From the human T2T-CHM13v2.0 reference genome, Homo sapiens: a DNA stretch of 64,000 bases. The notes below the pieces were generated by a model, which was not told the DNA's origin, did no database searches, and saw only the letters and a list, made by a program, of their open reading frames with translations. Positions 33,600-49,837 of this stretch are shown in pieces. Location of the stretch: assembly GCF_009914755.1 (NCBI RefSeq), contig NC_060936.1; one strand, written 5' to 3'. The translations under genes were made by a program, and so were the position numbers. Each line of letters begins with the position of its first letter. Position 1 is the first letter of the stretch.

Positions 33600-34540
33600 G
33601 AAGTAGCTCTACCACTCCCTGGCTGGGTGGCCTCAGGCAATTTGATTTCTCTTTTTCTCAGTTGTTTTTCCATCTGTTAAAGGGATAATAACTATTTCTT
33701 AAGATTTGTGTGACTTGAGTGAGTTGATATTGTCCAAGCATTTTAAATAGTGCCTGACACATTAAATATTTGTGAAATAGATTAAAAATAGTATTCACCA
33801 CTCTGTATTGTAACTGTTTGATGATTCATCTGTGTCACCTTTAATTAAAAGCTCCCTGTGGATAGACTCCATGTCTAGCTTGTTCAGCATTTGAGCCTTT
33901 AGCTGGGCTGTGACACACAGGAAGTACCAAGGAAATATTTATTGAATGAGATGTCTAGCAGTGGAATGGGCTTCCCTGTTGGTCTAATTATTTAAGAAAA
34001 GGATGTGATGATCACCTGTCAGTGATGTTCCGGAGAGTATACCTAACACAGGAGGCTAGCAATAGTGGCTAAAATTTCTTCCAAATCTAAGATTGCATTA
34101 TTCTATTTATACTTTTTCTTTAGCATTTTTTGCAGTCTAACAACAGTACCACCATAATAAAAGAATTGCATCTTTCAGCACTTGCCACCTTCACCCTTAA
34201 ATAGGTTCTAGCCATACTAAAATACTTCTAGCGTTTAGGATCTTCCTCTCCTTAGGCACATTACATGCTTTTCCCTTTGTTTAGAATGCTATCTTAGACT
34301 TGTCTGTTTCACTTTCTGTATACAATTTCCAGAAAGGCTTCCCTGGTCCTCCACAAGAGTACCAAGCAATAGAATTTTGGCTTTGTATTTATCACGTTTT
34401 AAATACTGCCTGATTGCTAATTCACTAAATTGTAAGCTGCTTGAAAGCTGGATCTGTGTCTTGTCTACTGATCTTTCTCAATCACTTAAAACTTACTACT
34501 ATGCAGTCATAGTAGTAAGTATTCAAGGGCATAAATGAAA
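33600..34540 (+). mobile_element. MIR and L2 fragments
   Basis: MIR core (ctcagttgtttttccatctgttaaaggg) and L2 3' ends (aaatatttattgaatga). Confidence 0.6.
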
Positions 34541-35421
34541 CCATCTTACATAGGTCTATTGTTTTTCAATTGTGTGCATCACAGACAATTTTTAAAAGCA
34601 CTTTTCTTTTTATAAATGTTTGGCTAACCTGTTACAATGTTTTGTAGTAAAATTCTCTCCCAATGTCAATTTTCCATATCTGCTTAATGCTATTAAGCAC
34701 AATATGTAATATGCAAACGTGTATTCCAAAACTAATACTTGCTTTTTTTCCATGCTTAGAATTTAAAGTCTTCAAAGCAAGTTGGTTTTGTTTTGTTTTG
34801 TTTTTGAGGAAAATGTTTGGAGGTAAACAGATCAGACCAAAATCAGCTAGATATTAGCCAATTTTGTCTGGAACAAAAAAAGAAAACAAAAGAGTTCGTT
34901 CTTACTGTGAATGCCACAATTAGTGAAAAAGATGAATCTTGATATTCCGGGCTGTCTGAATTGTGCTGATGAGAGAAGAAGTAGAAATGTTTTAACCTTT
35001 GAAGAGTTTGGTGATCCCTACTCTCCCTTCACTCCCATTTATTTTGTGGTTTCCCACAAAGGTTCATTTAAAAACTGAAAAAAATCTCATCAATTAAGTT
35101 GGCCTTAAGAACTTCTTTGGCCTTAAGAACTAGCAATATTTCTGTATTCCATTCTGTCCCTGAGGAAAATAAAAGGCAGGCCCTGCACCAAATTTCCAAC
35201 TCAACAGGTAATGGGGAAAAAAAATTTAATTGAATTTGTATCTGTATCGCAGAAAAATCATTTCACCTGGCACAATTAGAAGGTTCCTCAGACCTGTTAC
35301 TCAGCAATTGGCATTTACCATACAAACTGATGACTCATTAATAACGACATATCATTCAGTGTCAGAAATCAATTCGGGATAACATTTCACTACATTAGTT
35401 TAGTGAAAAGGGCTTACTCAC

Positions 35422-35487
35422 GTAACACAAGTCTTTCTTTAGTTTGTCAGACATCTATTACCAGCTTTCTTCACTCTGCAGGTCTAG

Positions 35488-35500
<13 letters not shown>
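35422..35500 (-). other. CAPS2: Putative non-coding first exon of a divergent transcript (probably long CAPS2 isoform); 5' end uncertain
   Basis: Minus-strand donor TAC|GTGAGTAAG (plus cttactcac 35413-35421) next to the CpG island. Gene identity comes from recalled locus organisation, not from sequence. Confidence 0.45.
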
Positions 35501-36051
<551 letters not shown>

Positions 36052-36136
36052 TAGCTTGGTTTTTAAAGTACACGTGAAGTTTACACAGAGAAAAACTGCG
36101 GACACTCTAACACATGCTTATTACCATGATATTACA

Positions 36137-36538
36137 CAGGGCCAGGACTAAGGTGATGGAGGCACTGGCCTGAAGTGCAGATTTTAAGGGGGCGCCAATT
36201 CAAGAAAATGATATTTTAATGCAACGGGTTTTTAAAAATTAAAAATCAGTGCAAAAATATCAATATCAAGGATAAAGAAAATGTTAAAAAATTTAACAAA
36301 GACAGGTTCCTTGGGTCTGGATTAGGGAAAAACAAGTGCGACACTCTCAGGGTGGTGCAAATCAAGATGAGATTCTGTTTGTATTTGAAATTTTTATTTT
36401 TAGCTTTTTCCATCATCGATGTCACATTAGCTTTGCCTTTTAAAAATGTTTGTTATCTTGATTTTTTTTTTTTTGTGCCCATTCCAAATTTGGCTCCTAA
36501 GGAAGTGTCTCAGTTTCCTCACCCTAGTCTTGACCCTG
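36137..36538 (+). mobile_element. MER96B-like hAT MITE
   Basis: Terminal inverted repeats CAGGGCCAGGACTAAGGTGA / TCACCCTAGTCTTGACCCTG (17/20 match). Confidence 0.8.
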
Positions 36539-37794
36539 ATTTTGCCTTACCTTACAATGCGGTTCTTGCTTTCCCCCTCTTTTACACCCTATAGTCATTT
36601 AACAACTCAACTATTCCCTGGTTGCTATTGAGTTTTCCTGACTGTCATTAAAATGACTGAAAATCCGGCAAATAAATAACTGTCCTCTTAGGGAATTAGA
36701 AGCTTCAAACTTATAAATTATATTGCAAGGACTACTTTCCTAGACATGTCTTTTCTTCCTTCAGCATTAGTTCTTAGCACAAATTTCAGAAATGGGATAA
36801 ATAAATTAAGGGTATGATATTTTTTATTAATTTAACACATAGCAATTGCTATGCTAAAGGGTAGTGCCAAATTTAGCAAATACCAGCTGTTCTGTTTTCA
36901 CCACATCCTCACTGATTTGGACATGTTCAATTACTTGCTAAATGAATAAATTACAAAAATGGTCATTTGTTTTAATGTTGATTTTAAAATACTATTTTGA
37001 TAGGACATACTTGAGTTCTTTCTTCGTCATTTCCTTTACCTTTTATATTGTCAGCATTTCCATGTCAGATTATATGCTGTCTTATAGAACTATGCTAGCA
37101 TTTGGTTCTATCTGCTGAAGATACTTTTTTCTAAGCCAATTCTTTTTCTTTTGAATTCAATTATAGAGTTTGGGGATATTTGGGAGTTTCAACTAATTTC
37201 CCATTTTTTGTGACTAATTCTGTTTCTTCCCAATTTGAAGATTATCCTTACTCCTGAAAATTAATAAACACATAATACTTTCTAATACAACTTTTCATAG
37301 GTTTTCTATCTCATCTCTAAAAATTATATAGTATTTCAAACATAAGGTATATAAAATAATATACCTGTATACCCACAATCGATATTTTTAAATATAGACA
37401 TTTTTAAAGGAATAGTATTTGATATATAGGTTAAAGTCCCACCCTAAATTTTTACCTTTTTCTTCTTTCTTGAAGTTAATGTATATTTTTCCCATGTATT
37501 TTATTAGGACATAAATATTAACTGTAAATAGTATAGTCTATCATAATAGTATGGCCTATTTAAAATGTTTCTTTAGCAGATTTGGACATCACTCAGCTTA
37601 TTTAAACTCTTTTATTGGTTATTTTTAGTATTTTAATGTATGTACTTTTTATAAATTCCAAAAGTTAATACCTGTAAACTCCACCCAAATATTAATAAGA
37701 TCTTAGAACACAAATTCTGAATACTTTCCATCCTTATTCATGCTATTGCCGTGTAGTACTTTTGTTCTACCTTGCTTTTAAATACCAAAAAAAT

Positions 37795-40745
37795 TGTTGT
37801 TTTTAAAAAATTGTATTACAATATACAGGACATAACATTTACCATTTTAACCATTTTTAAGTGTATAGTTCAGTGGCATTAAGTACATTTGCATTGTTGT
37901 GCACCCATTACCACCACCCATCTCCAAAATTTTTTCATCTTCCTGAACTGAGACTCCATACCCATCAAATAATTACTTTACTCTCCATCTCCCCTCCTCC
38001 CAGGCCTCTATCACCATTCTACTTTCTATTCCTATTAATTTGACTTCTTAAGGTACCAAATATAAGTGGAATCATATAATATTTGTCTTTGTTACTAGCT
38101 TATTTCATTTGGTATAATGTCTATAAAGTTCACCCATGTTGTAGCATGTGTCAGAATTACCTGTCTTTTTACAGCTGAATAATATTCTACTGTATGCATA
38201 TACCACATTTTGTTTATCCATTCATTGGTCAGTGGATATTTAGATTGCTTCCATTATTTGGCTGTTGTGAATAATACTGCTATAGACATGGGTGTACATT
38301 TATCTGCTCCAGTTCCTGATTTTGCTGTTTTTGGGTATATACCCAGAACTGGAATTGCTGTATCATATGATAATTCTGTTTAATTTTTCAAAGAACCCCC
38401 ATTCTGTTTTCCATAGTGGCTGCACCATTTTACATTCCCACCAAGAATGTTCAAGGGTTCAATTTCTCCACATCCTTGATAACACTTGTTATTTTCTGTT
38501 TTATTTTCCTTATTCCTCTTTTTTTCTTAATGATAACCATCTAGCAGTTATGAAGTGATACCTCACTGTATTTTTTATCTGCATTTCCCTAATGATTACT
38601 GATATTGAGCATCTTTTTATTTGCTTCTTGACCAAGATTTTCTCTTCTTTGAAGAACTATCTATTCAAGTCGTTTGCACATTTTTTGGCCAACTTGTTAG
38701 ATTTTTTGTTGTTGAATTATAGGAATTTTTATAGATTCTGGATATTAATCTTTTTCAGATATATGATTTGAAAGTATTTTCTCCCATTTTGTAAGTTGCC
38801 TTTGCACTCTATTGATAATATCCTTTGATAAACAAAAGTTTTTAACGTCAATGAAGTATAATTTATCATTTTTTGTTGTTATTGTATGTATTTTTTGTCG
38901 TATCCAAGAAGTCATTGCCAAATTCAATATCATGAAGCTTTTCCCCTGTGCTTTTTAAAGGTTTTATAGTTTTAGGTCTTTGAGTTAAGTTTTGTATATT
39001 GTGTAAGGTAAGGGTCCAGCTTATTCTTTTGCATGTGGATATCCAGTTTTCCTAACTTCATTTGCTGGAAAGATTGTTATTTTCCCCATAAAATGGTCTT
39101 TCCACCCTTGTTAAAAATCGTTTGACCATATATGCTGGCATTTATTTTGGGGCCCTCTATTCCATTCTGTTAGTCTAATATGTCTGTATGCTATTAATAG
39201 TTCCACAATGATTACTGTAGAATACTGGTAAGTAGAAATTAGGAAGTGTGCATTCTTCAACTTTTTTCATCTTCTTCAAGATTATTTTGGCCATAGAGGG
39301 TCCTTTCAGATTTTTTACGAATTTTGAGATGTATTTTTGTATTTCTGCAAAAAAAAAAAAAAAAAAAACATTATTGGGATTTTGATATGGGTTTCCTTGA
39401 TTTGTAACATTTTGGGTAGAACAGGCATCTTAACAATATAAAGTATTCCAATACTTTAACACAGTATGTCTTTTCACTTTCTAATATCCACCTTAATTTC
39501 TTTCAGTAATATTTTATTTTCAGTATATATGTTTTTCCCTCTTTGGCTAAGTTTATTCCTAAATATTTTATTCTTTTTGATGCTATTGTGGTGGAATGGT
39601 TTACCTAATTCCCTTTCAGATTGTTTATTATTAACATATTGAAAAGCAACTAATTTTTGTGTGTTGATTTTGTAACCTGCTACTTTTCTCTAATTTTCTG
39701 AATTTATTTATTGGTTCTAACAGTTTTTTTGTGTGTGGAATCTTTAGGGTTGTCTACATATAAGATGACTATGTGGCTACATTTCTTCATTTTGTTAATG
39801 TATTCTATCACATTGATTAATTTTTATATATCGAACCATTCCTGCACCAAGGAGTAAATTCCACTGGGTTATCATGTATAATTCTTTTAATGTGTTGTTA
39901 AATTCAGCTGTTTTTAATGTGCTGTTAAATTCAGGTTTTTGTTGAAGATTTTTATATTAATATTCCTAAAAGATACTGACCTATAGTTTTCTTATAGTAT
40001 CTTTTTCTGGCTTTGGTATCAGGGTGATGCTGGCTTCATAGAATGAGTTAATAAATATTCTCCTGTCTTCATTTTTGGGGAAGAGTTTGAGAATTGATGT
40101 TAATTCTTCTTTAAATATATGTCTTGAACTCCTATTAGAATTCACCAATGACTCCATCTGGTTCTGGGCTTTTCTTTGTTGGGAGATTTGTATTACTGAT
40201 TTTTATTATTATTATTTTATGAAATTATTATTTTATTATTTTTATTAAATCTTCTTATTAGTTATAGGTCTGTTTAGATTTTCTGTTTCTTCGTTACTAC
40301 CTTTTGGTAGGTTGTATGTTCCCAGGAATAAGTCTTCTGTCTTTATTTCTTACTCAGTCTTGCTAAATGTTTATCATTTTTGCTGATCTTTTTGAAGAAC
40401 CAGCTCATAGTTCTGTTGATTTTCTCTGTTGTTTTTCTGTTCTCTATTTTATTTATCTCTGCTTCAATCTTTATTATTTCCTTCCTCTGGTAACTTTGGG
40501 TTTTGTTCAATTTTCCTTTTCTTTTTACCTATGGTGTACAGTTAGGTTGTTGATTTGGAGTCTTTCATCTTTTTAAAAAAAATGTAAGCTCTTACACTCA
40601 TACATTTTCCTCTTAGCTCTGTTTTTTGCTAAATTCCATAAGTTTAAATAGTTGTGTTTTCATTTTCATTTTTTCCCAAGGTATTTTCTTTTGTGATTTC
40701 TTTTTTGATTCATTGCTTAAGAGTGTGTTGCTTAGCATTATTATT
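37795..40745 (-). mobile_element. L1MB-type element, 3' portion, antisense in GLIPR1L2 intron 1
   Basis: 3' end accattttaaccatttttaagtgtatagttcagtggcattaagtacatt; T-rich reverse-complement ORF2. Confidence 0.85.
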
Positions 40746-40759
40746 TCATTTTTTAAATT

Positions 40760-40972
40760 ATTTTTTGAGACAGGATCTCACTCTCTTGCCCAGGCTGGAG
40801 TGCAGTGATGTGATCTCAGCTCACTGCAGCCTTTAACCCTGGGGCTCAAGTGATCCTCCCATCTCAACCTCCTAAGTACTGGGACTACAGGTACTCACCA
40901 CCACGCCCAGCTGATTTTTGTATTTTTTGTAGAGGCAGAGTTTTGCCATGTTGCCCAGGCTCGCACCTGGCC
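40760..40972 (-). mobile_element. AluJ, internally deleted
   Basis: Right monomer plus partial left monomer. Confidence 0.8.
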
Positions 40973-41217
40973 CATTATAATTATTTATGCTAGCAACTAT
41001 TACTTCTTGTATTGCACTACCACTTTCTGGAATCAGTTTCCTTGTGCCTAAAATACGTCTTTTAATAGCTCATTCAGCAAGGGAGTGTGAATAGTAAACT
41101 TAATATTTCTATATGTAAAATAATCTTTACTTCACACTCTTGAATGATATTGTTCTCTCTCAGCACTATCTTCTGTCTCCCACTGTTGCTTTTGAGGTTT
41201 CTTTTGTTAGCTGAACT

Positions 41218-41408
41218 CAGAGGTTCCCACAGTATGGTTCCTATACCAGCAACAACAGAATCACCTGTGAACTTGTTAGAAATTAAAGTTCTCAGGACCT
41301 ATCCCAGACTTACTGAATCAGAAATCCTGGTTTTGAAACCCAGTACTCTGTATTTTAATTAAAGTCCTCCAGATGATTCTGAAGTGTGCTAAAGTTTGAG
41401 ATCCACTA
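41218..41408. mobile_element. MER5A
   Basis: agaatcacctgtgaacttgttagaaatt...ccagatgattctga...aaagtttgaga. Confidence 0.8.
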
Positions 41409-42632
41409 GTCTTTTGGTTGTTATTTTAAAGATGATTTATATTTTCTCTCCAGCTACTTTAAATATTTTATATTTGCTGTTCTGTAGTTTTACCCCATAC
41501 TAGTACTAAGCATGCATTTATTTTTATTTATTTTGTTCAGGACTTTTCTTTTTAATCTCTGTATCCATGTCCATTGTTAAGACTAAAATTCTTCAGTATT
41601 ATTTCATAGAATGTTGCCTCCTCCCCATGCTCTCTAGTCTCCCTGTCTTGAACTCCTATTAGATGTATGTTTGACTTTTTCATTCCTTTTCTCCACAGCT
41701 CTCCATTTTCTCCCTACAGTCCATCTCTTTTTCTGTTTTCCTTCAGAGTCATTGCTTTAGAACTGCTGTTCATTCACTAGTTTTCTCTTCAGATTTTTAT
41801 GATATATTTAACTGGCCAATTGATTTTTTAAAATTTCTAGACTTTTTTTTTAATTTGCTCATATTCCCCCAGTGTCCTGTTTTCTCTTATGATTTCTATT
41901 TTTACACTCATTTAATCATTTTAAACATAATTATTTTATATTTTCATAAAATATTTTTAGTGCTTTATTATTTTAGTTTCTTTGGGTGCCAGTTCTCTTG
42001 TTTTAGCTACTGAGCCTCTGTCATGTTTATAATTTTCTATCCTATGCTTATTTTCAGCAGAGATTGTGTGTGTGTGAAAGAGTCCCATATTGTCCAAATA
42101 GTGGAAAAATAAATATTGCTACAGACTAATTTTTATTAGCTTTTGCCTTACTCCCCTGTTACAGTCAGTTTTACATTTATATTTTTTATATTTATAATGT
42201 GTTAAGTTTTGATATTTAAAATTTGTTTGGGTATTCTCAGCATATATAGGCAATGTAAGTATAGTGTCCACTTGTAGGCATAGGATAGATCTAGAACTGA
42301 TTTCTCACATGACATGACTTTTTTCCATCTGACTTTCTGTCACTTCCTCAGACTTCTAGGAAGGGTTTGGTGGTCTGCTTCATTTAGGAAGAAGTCGGCA
42401 TCCTGATTTTTCCGCAAATATTTCAGTCCCAGAACTTGTCTTAGATGGTTCTATGGCTACATCTTCTTCCTATATTGTTGGCATTTATATCTAATCTGAT
42501 ATTTCCTCTCCTCCGATTAGGCACATGAGTTCACCACTCGGACTTTTAACTTTTCTCTTCATTTCTGGCACCTGAGTATTACCTTTCCTTCCTTTGAGCT
42601 CAGCTGTGGATTTAAAAAAAAAAAAAAAAAAA

Positions 42633-42953
<321 letters not shown>

Positions 42954-44684
42954 TTATATGAATTGCTCTTCAACCATTTTTGACCTAGAAAACGCAAGCA
43001 ATTTCATAGGATTTAAACTAAACATTTTATTCCCATTTTTATGGGTTTGTAATATTAGAAGATTGTGTCTTAGCTTCGTCCTCTTTGTTGCTTCAACTTT
43101 CTTACATTCTTGGATGCTAGGAGCACAGAATCCCTCCCTTCTTTTTCTGAGCTGTTCTGGGGCTGAGTGATTCCTAATTCTAACCTGACATGGTAGTACT
43201 AGGAGAAGGCTCAAGACTTAGACTCCTCTCATGTACCAGATAATGGGCTGTAGTTTTATATGTAATATCAATTTTTAATTTAATATTACAAATAAATCTT
43301 CCTCCTTTTTTAAAAAAAGAAAGAACAGTGCAGTCAATGTTAACATTTTCTAACAGCCACTTCAGTTATGTTCCCTTTCTCCATCCCCAGAGAAAATAAC
43401 CTTTATGAGTTTGATATGAATCATTCTAATACATTTTTTAAGGTTTTGAATATATATGTGATTATCTAGACCAAAAACACAATGTTTGGAGGTTTCCGTC
43501 TTATATTTCTATAAGTGGCATTATGTGGAATTTATCATGTTACTTGGTTTTTCATTCAAAACTATACATTTGAGATTTATTTGTTGATATAAATCTAGTT
43601 AATTCAGTTTTATTTGCTATGCTATTTATCCCTTAAATGTACTACCTTTTTTACCTATTCCTTTATTGATGGACATTCAGGTTGTTTTAAAAATAAATAA
43701 GCATAGCCAGGATATTTTGAAAAATGAGGGTTATTGAACATATTAGATTTTATAGCATATAATAAAGCCTCACTAAGTAAAATAATACAGTATTAGTATG
43801 TTAAAAGATATACCATTGAAAGATATAGAGTTCAGAAATAACCCAAATATATGAGTGTTTAGCATATGATAAAAGTAGCATCTCAAATCTGTGAGCTATA
43901 GATAGACTTTTTAATAAATTGGTGTTGATCAATCTGGGTAGTCATTTGAAAAAGGTAATATTGCTTCATCCATATATCAATATAAATTCCAACTAGTCAA
44001 CAATTCCCCACAGACAAGACAACAAAACTATTGTTGAACTTTGGAGTTTTACTAGCCTGATAGGTAAAATATGATCTGTGATTTTTATTTCTCTTATTAT
44101 AAGCAAAGCTGTGTATCCTTTCATGTGAATAAGGATCTGTTAGTATCCTTTAATGATTATTTTTCTATTAGTTTTTTTGCCTTTTTTTCTCCCATTATTT
44201 ATTTGGGAAATGAGCCCTTCGTCTTTGGTATGAGTTGTAATTATGTTCCCAGTTTGTCAGTTTTTTAAATCTACATATGTATTTTTTGCTATTCAGACTT
44301 TTTAACATTTTTGTGTAGCTGACTAATCAGTTTTTTAAAATTGCTTCTGGATTTTGTGTCAAAGTCAAAGACCATGCCTACTCCATGTACTACTGGTGTG
44401 AAAGCAAAATGATATAGTCCTTGTAGAGAAGAATCTGGCAATACCTACTACATTACAGATGTATTTACTCTTTGGCTCTCTGGTCCCATTTCTGGTATCT
44501 ATCCTAAGGACATACTATACAAGAAGGAAATGGTATCCCTAAACGGTTATTCACTGTACCATCATTTAATATTAACAAATTATTGGAAAGATACTCTAAT
44601 CTCCAGCACTGAGGGTTAACTAAAGTAAGTGTGGTTCACCCACATAAAAGAATACCATACACCTGTGGGGAAAAAAAAGAATGA

Positions 44685-45001
<317 letters not shown>

Positions 45002-45649
45002 TGAACGTTCTTTATACTAACAACACAATATCTCATGGATCTTGGAAAAGCAAGGTACATTATGATACGTTTTGTATACGAAAATTTAAAATAATGTATA
45101 TTTGAATAGAAAATAGTGGACAGATCCACGGAATTAATTAGTTACTTATAGAAGTCCTGGGGAAATAGGATGGTGGAGAGCAAGACAACATGACTTCTCA
45201 ATGATTTTATGTGATTTTGTTTTTATAAAGTATTAGATATCTGTTCAAAAAAATTATTTTTAAAACAAAATATTCTTTAATGCGTGTTGATAATTTCACT
45301 GGAGATTATAAGTGATAAAGCATTCATGAAACAAAAAATATATACAGCAAAAAAATGTAACGGCAACAATTTAAAACAATATCCTCAGTAAAATACAGTA
45401 TTTAGTGTATTAGGGCTAGCATTCCTGAAGTCTGATCTTTGTGTACGATGGCATGAAATGGGCAAACAAAACATTAAAATGGAAGTGAGCATAATTTTAT
45501 ATATATATATATGTGTGTGTATTTTTGTTATTTAATCATATGTAATTTTAAACATGGTAATTGAAGTTAAAGATAGTTAAGATAATCATAAAGATTATCA
45601 TAATGATTTGATGTTGGTGGCTAGCAGATGGGAAAAGTTACTTGAACTT

Positions 45650-47100
45650 CCAGATTTACAAAAGAGAAGTGAGCAATACAAAGAAACTTCATCAAGCCTG
45701 CAATATAAGGAGGGAAAAATAGGAAATGACTTTTAAAAAACTGTAAACATAAAATAATATTTTAAAATAAACTAAATATGTTATCATAAATATGAGTGAA
45801 TTTAATTTCTTTATCAATAATTTGCAAAAATATATACCTGAAATGATTGAAAATAAAAATATGAATAAAAATATTTATGAAACTTCCAAGTTAAAAAAGA
45901 GAAACAATATTATAAAATAATATAGAAATGAAGACTAAAGATAAAAAGAAATACTATGTATTGGAAAAAAAAAGGTATAATCCATGAAGATAAAATAAAG
46001 GCCTTCGCACTGGCCAAAATAGAAAATATATCAAGTGAAATTTCCTAAAAATACGAAGAAATATTTTTTAAAACAAGATAATTGTGGGATGTTTTCTATA
46101 CTTCTTTTAAAGTCTTATAAAATAGATTTGAGAAGTAAATTATATATAGCAACGAACAAATAATCCTGTCAATAAGGGATTCTAATATCCATGAAAAACA
46201 TCTGTTTTATGCTCATAAAGAAAAACTTAAGTAGAAATTTTACACGCTAAATTTCTGACTAGAATGTAATAAAACTAGAAAGAACAAAAAATGTTGGTTG
46301 ATAGAATCTTAACTAAGGAATTAAGCAACATTCTTCAAATTATCTTCAGATCAAGAACAAAAAACAAAATTTCCCCAAAATATGGGCACAATATCAAAAC
46401 ACATGACATAAATAAAGGAAAAGGCAATTAGCTGTAAATGTCATTTTACAGAAACTGACTGACAATAAATGAACTAAAAAATTCAAAGAAAAGAAACAAA
46501 GAATGAGAGAATAGCTGTATAAGTAAAATTAATGAAAAATAATTTTTTCTAATAAAACAGCATTCTTATTTGCAAGAACTGGAAAAAAAATAGACACATT
46601 CGTGATAAGCCTCAGGGAATAAAAAGAGAAAACAAATTATTTTAGAAGTGAGAAAAAGATTTATAACCACAGATGGAGATGAGATTGCAAGAAGTGTAAG
46701 ACAATATTTATTATGTCCAACCATGTTAATAATATTAGGTATCTAGATGAAATCAAGTGTTTTTCTAGCAAAATGTAAGTTGCAAAGTAAATACAGAAAG
46801 AGAAAACCGTAACAGCAATGCTTTAGAAGACAGCAGCAAGATGTTGAAGATCTGTTCTTTAAATAGGCCTCCATCTTAGGTAACAATAAAGATAATTCTG
46901 AATAATCTTCAAAGAACAGATAATTTCCAATGATATTAAAGTGTTTCTGTGTGTTTAAAAAATGGAAGATTCAATTCATTTTAGAAATCTAGAATAACAA
47001 ATCTCCAAATGTGATAAACATAACAAGGAGAAAAAGGGAAAAAAATGTAGGCCTGTTTTATTTATCAATATACATTGGACAGTAAATAGAATAATAATAT
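45650..47100 (+). mobile_element. Highly degenerate L1M ORF2 remnant
   Basis: A-rich sequence with residual L1 motifs (aatgtaataaaactagaaa; tatctagatgaaat). Confidence 0.5.
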
Positions 47101-49837
47101 TCTCTAGTCTCTTAATAATGTTTTCCTTTACTCTTCCTCAGTCACATTGTGTACAACTCATTACTTAAATTTGTTCAGTTTCCAAAATCAGTGTTATGTA
47201 TATTTTGACGAAGACTCTGAGCCTTCTTGAATAGACCTTGACCTTGGGCCCTGTCCTAAAGCCTACATTGCCCAGTGTTATTGCAAATCACACCTAGCCC
47301 AGTTTAGACAGCATCTGTTGCCCTTGATGTCTAATCACTCTGGCCTGCCTTCAGCAAGAATCTTTGTAGTCAGTTTAGCAAGAATCCCCCTACCCTTGAT
47401 GTCTCCTTTTAGTAATTCTCCATGCACTGACTTCCTCACTCTGTTCCATGGGTATAAATCCCCACTTATCCTTGCTGTATTTGGAATTGAGCCCATTCTC
47501 TCTCCTCTAACATGATAGTCTTTCCACCTACCACAATAGCCCTAAATAAAGTCCTCCACTTTGTTAACAAGTGTCATGAACAATTTTTCCTTTAACAGTT
47601 ATGGTACTGCTGTGACTCCGATGGTAGCAGATTCATCATTGGATTTCCAAACCTCTCACCCAGGACTCCAAGTGCACCCCTTTGAAGACTTTGTCTTCAC
47701 TCCTGAATGATTGATTGGGGATCCATTGGTGAGTCTGACTCCTGAGCCAGTGCTCCAGATGACAGTCTGTTGAAGGATGGTGAGGATAGATTTTTTGATT
47801 TTTAAGCTTCTGTAAACTCTCTGAAGCTGGATTACAGTTTTAGATTTCTTTGTCTGAAAGGTCCCTTCTAGGCTTGAAATTTATTTCCTGTTCTTTCTTT
47901 CAAATGGGGATTCACTTATCAATCCTGGACTGAAAGTCTTTCTTCCTGGCTCTTTGTTTTGTGGGGAGATTCACTTCCTGAGTCCTAGGCTGGACATTTG
48001 TCTTGGCTTCTTATAAGGTCTCCTTGTGGTCTCCATTTGATTCTGCTTCTCTCCTGGGAGCTTTTCAGTTTACTAACCCCCGTCCCGTTTTTGAGCCCCT
48101 GGTAACTCTATACTCCACTAACTATGTCGGCTTCCTTTTTTGTTGGTGTGAATTTAACTAAGGATAATTTGGAACATCAGTGGCCTCTTTGGGAAACTTC
48201 AAATCTCTGCACACTGGCTCCTCTAAGACCCCTCCCTTCCCATCATCTTTGCTCCTCCTTCCTCCTTATACCACCTTTGATCTTCCCTTCAGTTCCCTTG
48301 ATATGTCCACCTTCAACCCCCTACCTCCTTCATCCTTCTGTTCACACCAGCCTCTACAGTTACTAGAACTTTAGATCCCCTGCCCCCATTAGAGGCTTTC
48401 AAGAAACTCAGGAACCCTCAGAAGCAACTACCTGAGACTAAAAAGGAAAAATAACAAATTGGAAAGAGACTAGATATTTGATCTACCCAGATAGGCTTTG
48501 GAAATATCTAAACAACTATTTGATTTTCCCACAGTCTTTCACCTAAAAAGTAGTTCACAGTGTCTGTGAGATTACATATCAAGACAAAGAAAGCCTTAAA
48601 GGCTTTTCCATAAATAATGGTAAAAAGCATTAGCCCTCATATTGAGTAGATCACCTTAACTTGTTACTTCTGTTAAAAACATAATTCCAAGTATTTTATA
48701 TAAATCAGTGAGTTTTCTATTATTGTGTTTCACTTGACTTGTGGCTAAAATTTTAGAATGGACTATAAGATCTCTATATATGTCTCTCTCTCTGTGTGTA
48801 TACATATGTGTGTTATGTATATGTGATATTTTCTTACCTTGAGATCGTATTACAAATTTAATTTATAAAATCTCATAAAGGAGGTCTACTAAAATTGCCT
48901 TAGAGCTCAACAAGTCTTATATAAATTAAACATTCCTCAAACTCTCAGAAAAATACAAACTAATCCACATTCTTTTCAGATTCACTTGACTTGGGTGAAT
49001 CTTTGCCAAATAAGACTGGTTTAGTAATGTTGGTTTAATAAAACACAGCTGTGTCTTCTGAATTATCAGAATTAATTATCATACAAGCATATATTTTTAT
49101 TCTACTTGGGTTTACTAAGTCAAATAAACTTGTGATAGCTACTAGATATTTAAGATTATAAAAATTATAAATTCAGCCTAAGAACACATGTACAAATAAA
49201 GATGTAGTAAAAATGAATTTCTTGATATCTATTACTTTATATGTATCAAGTGAAACAATAAAACAACAAATGTGTATTTAACCCTTTTTAGTTTTTTTGC
49301 TGTTGTTATTCTTTTATATTTACCTAACATGCATGTGCCATAAGAATAGTTAACAAGGAAATAACTTGAGATGCTAGGTAGCTTTGTTTAGTGTTATGTC
49401 TTACTAAAAATAATTTCCAAAATCTTTTTAGTAACTTATAGTCTTAAAGTTATGTTAGATTAAATTAATAGATATTCATTGATAATTTCTAAGTAAGATA
49501 AACTGCTAAAACATACATTTTTAAACATAAGTTTAAGTTTACACACTTTTAGTTTTTAATACTATGAAGCAGAAAATACCTATAAAAGCTAGTGAGATGG
49601 TATATTCATAAAATTTGCTAGTCTACTATAGAATGCTGGTATGTGACAAATAATTCACAGTAATTTACTTCCTAGTTTTTCTCTGTGAAATCAACGGCAC
49701 TAATGTATACAAACACTTTGTATGAAAAGTTTACAAGGAATGTAGGATATGTTTTTGTCAAGAGAAGGAGAAAGTAATTTTGTCTTAAAATAAAATGACT
49801 GGTCAAGATGAGAAAGAAGAAAATTTAGGACAATATA

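Noticed and set aside
35099-35131. 15-bp direct repeat TTGGCCTTAAGAACT upstream of the promoter
   Set aside because: Simple slippage duplication; no recognisable motif.
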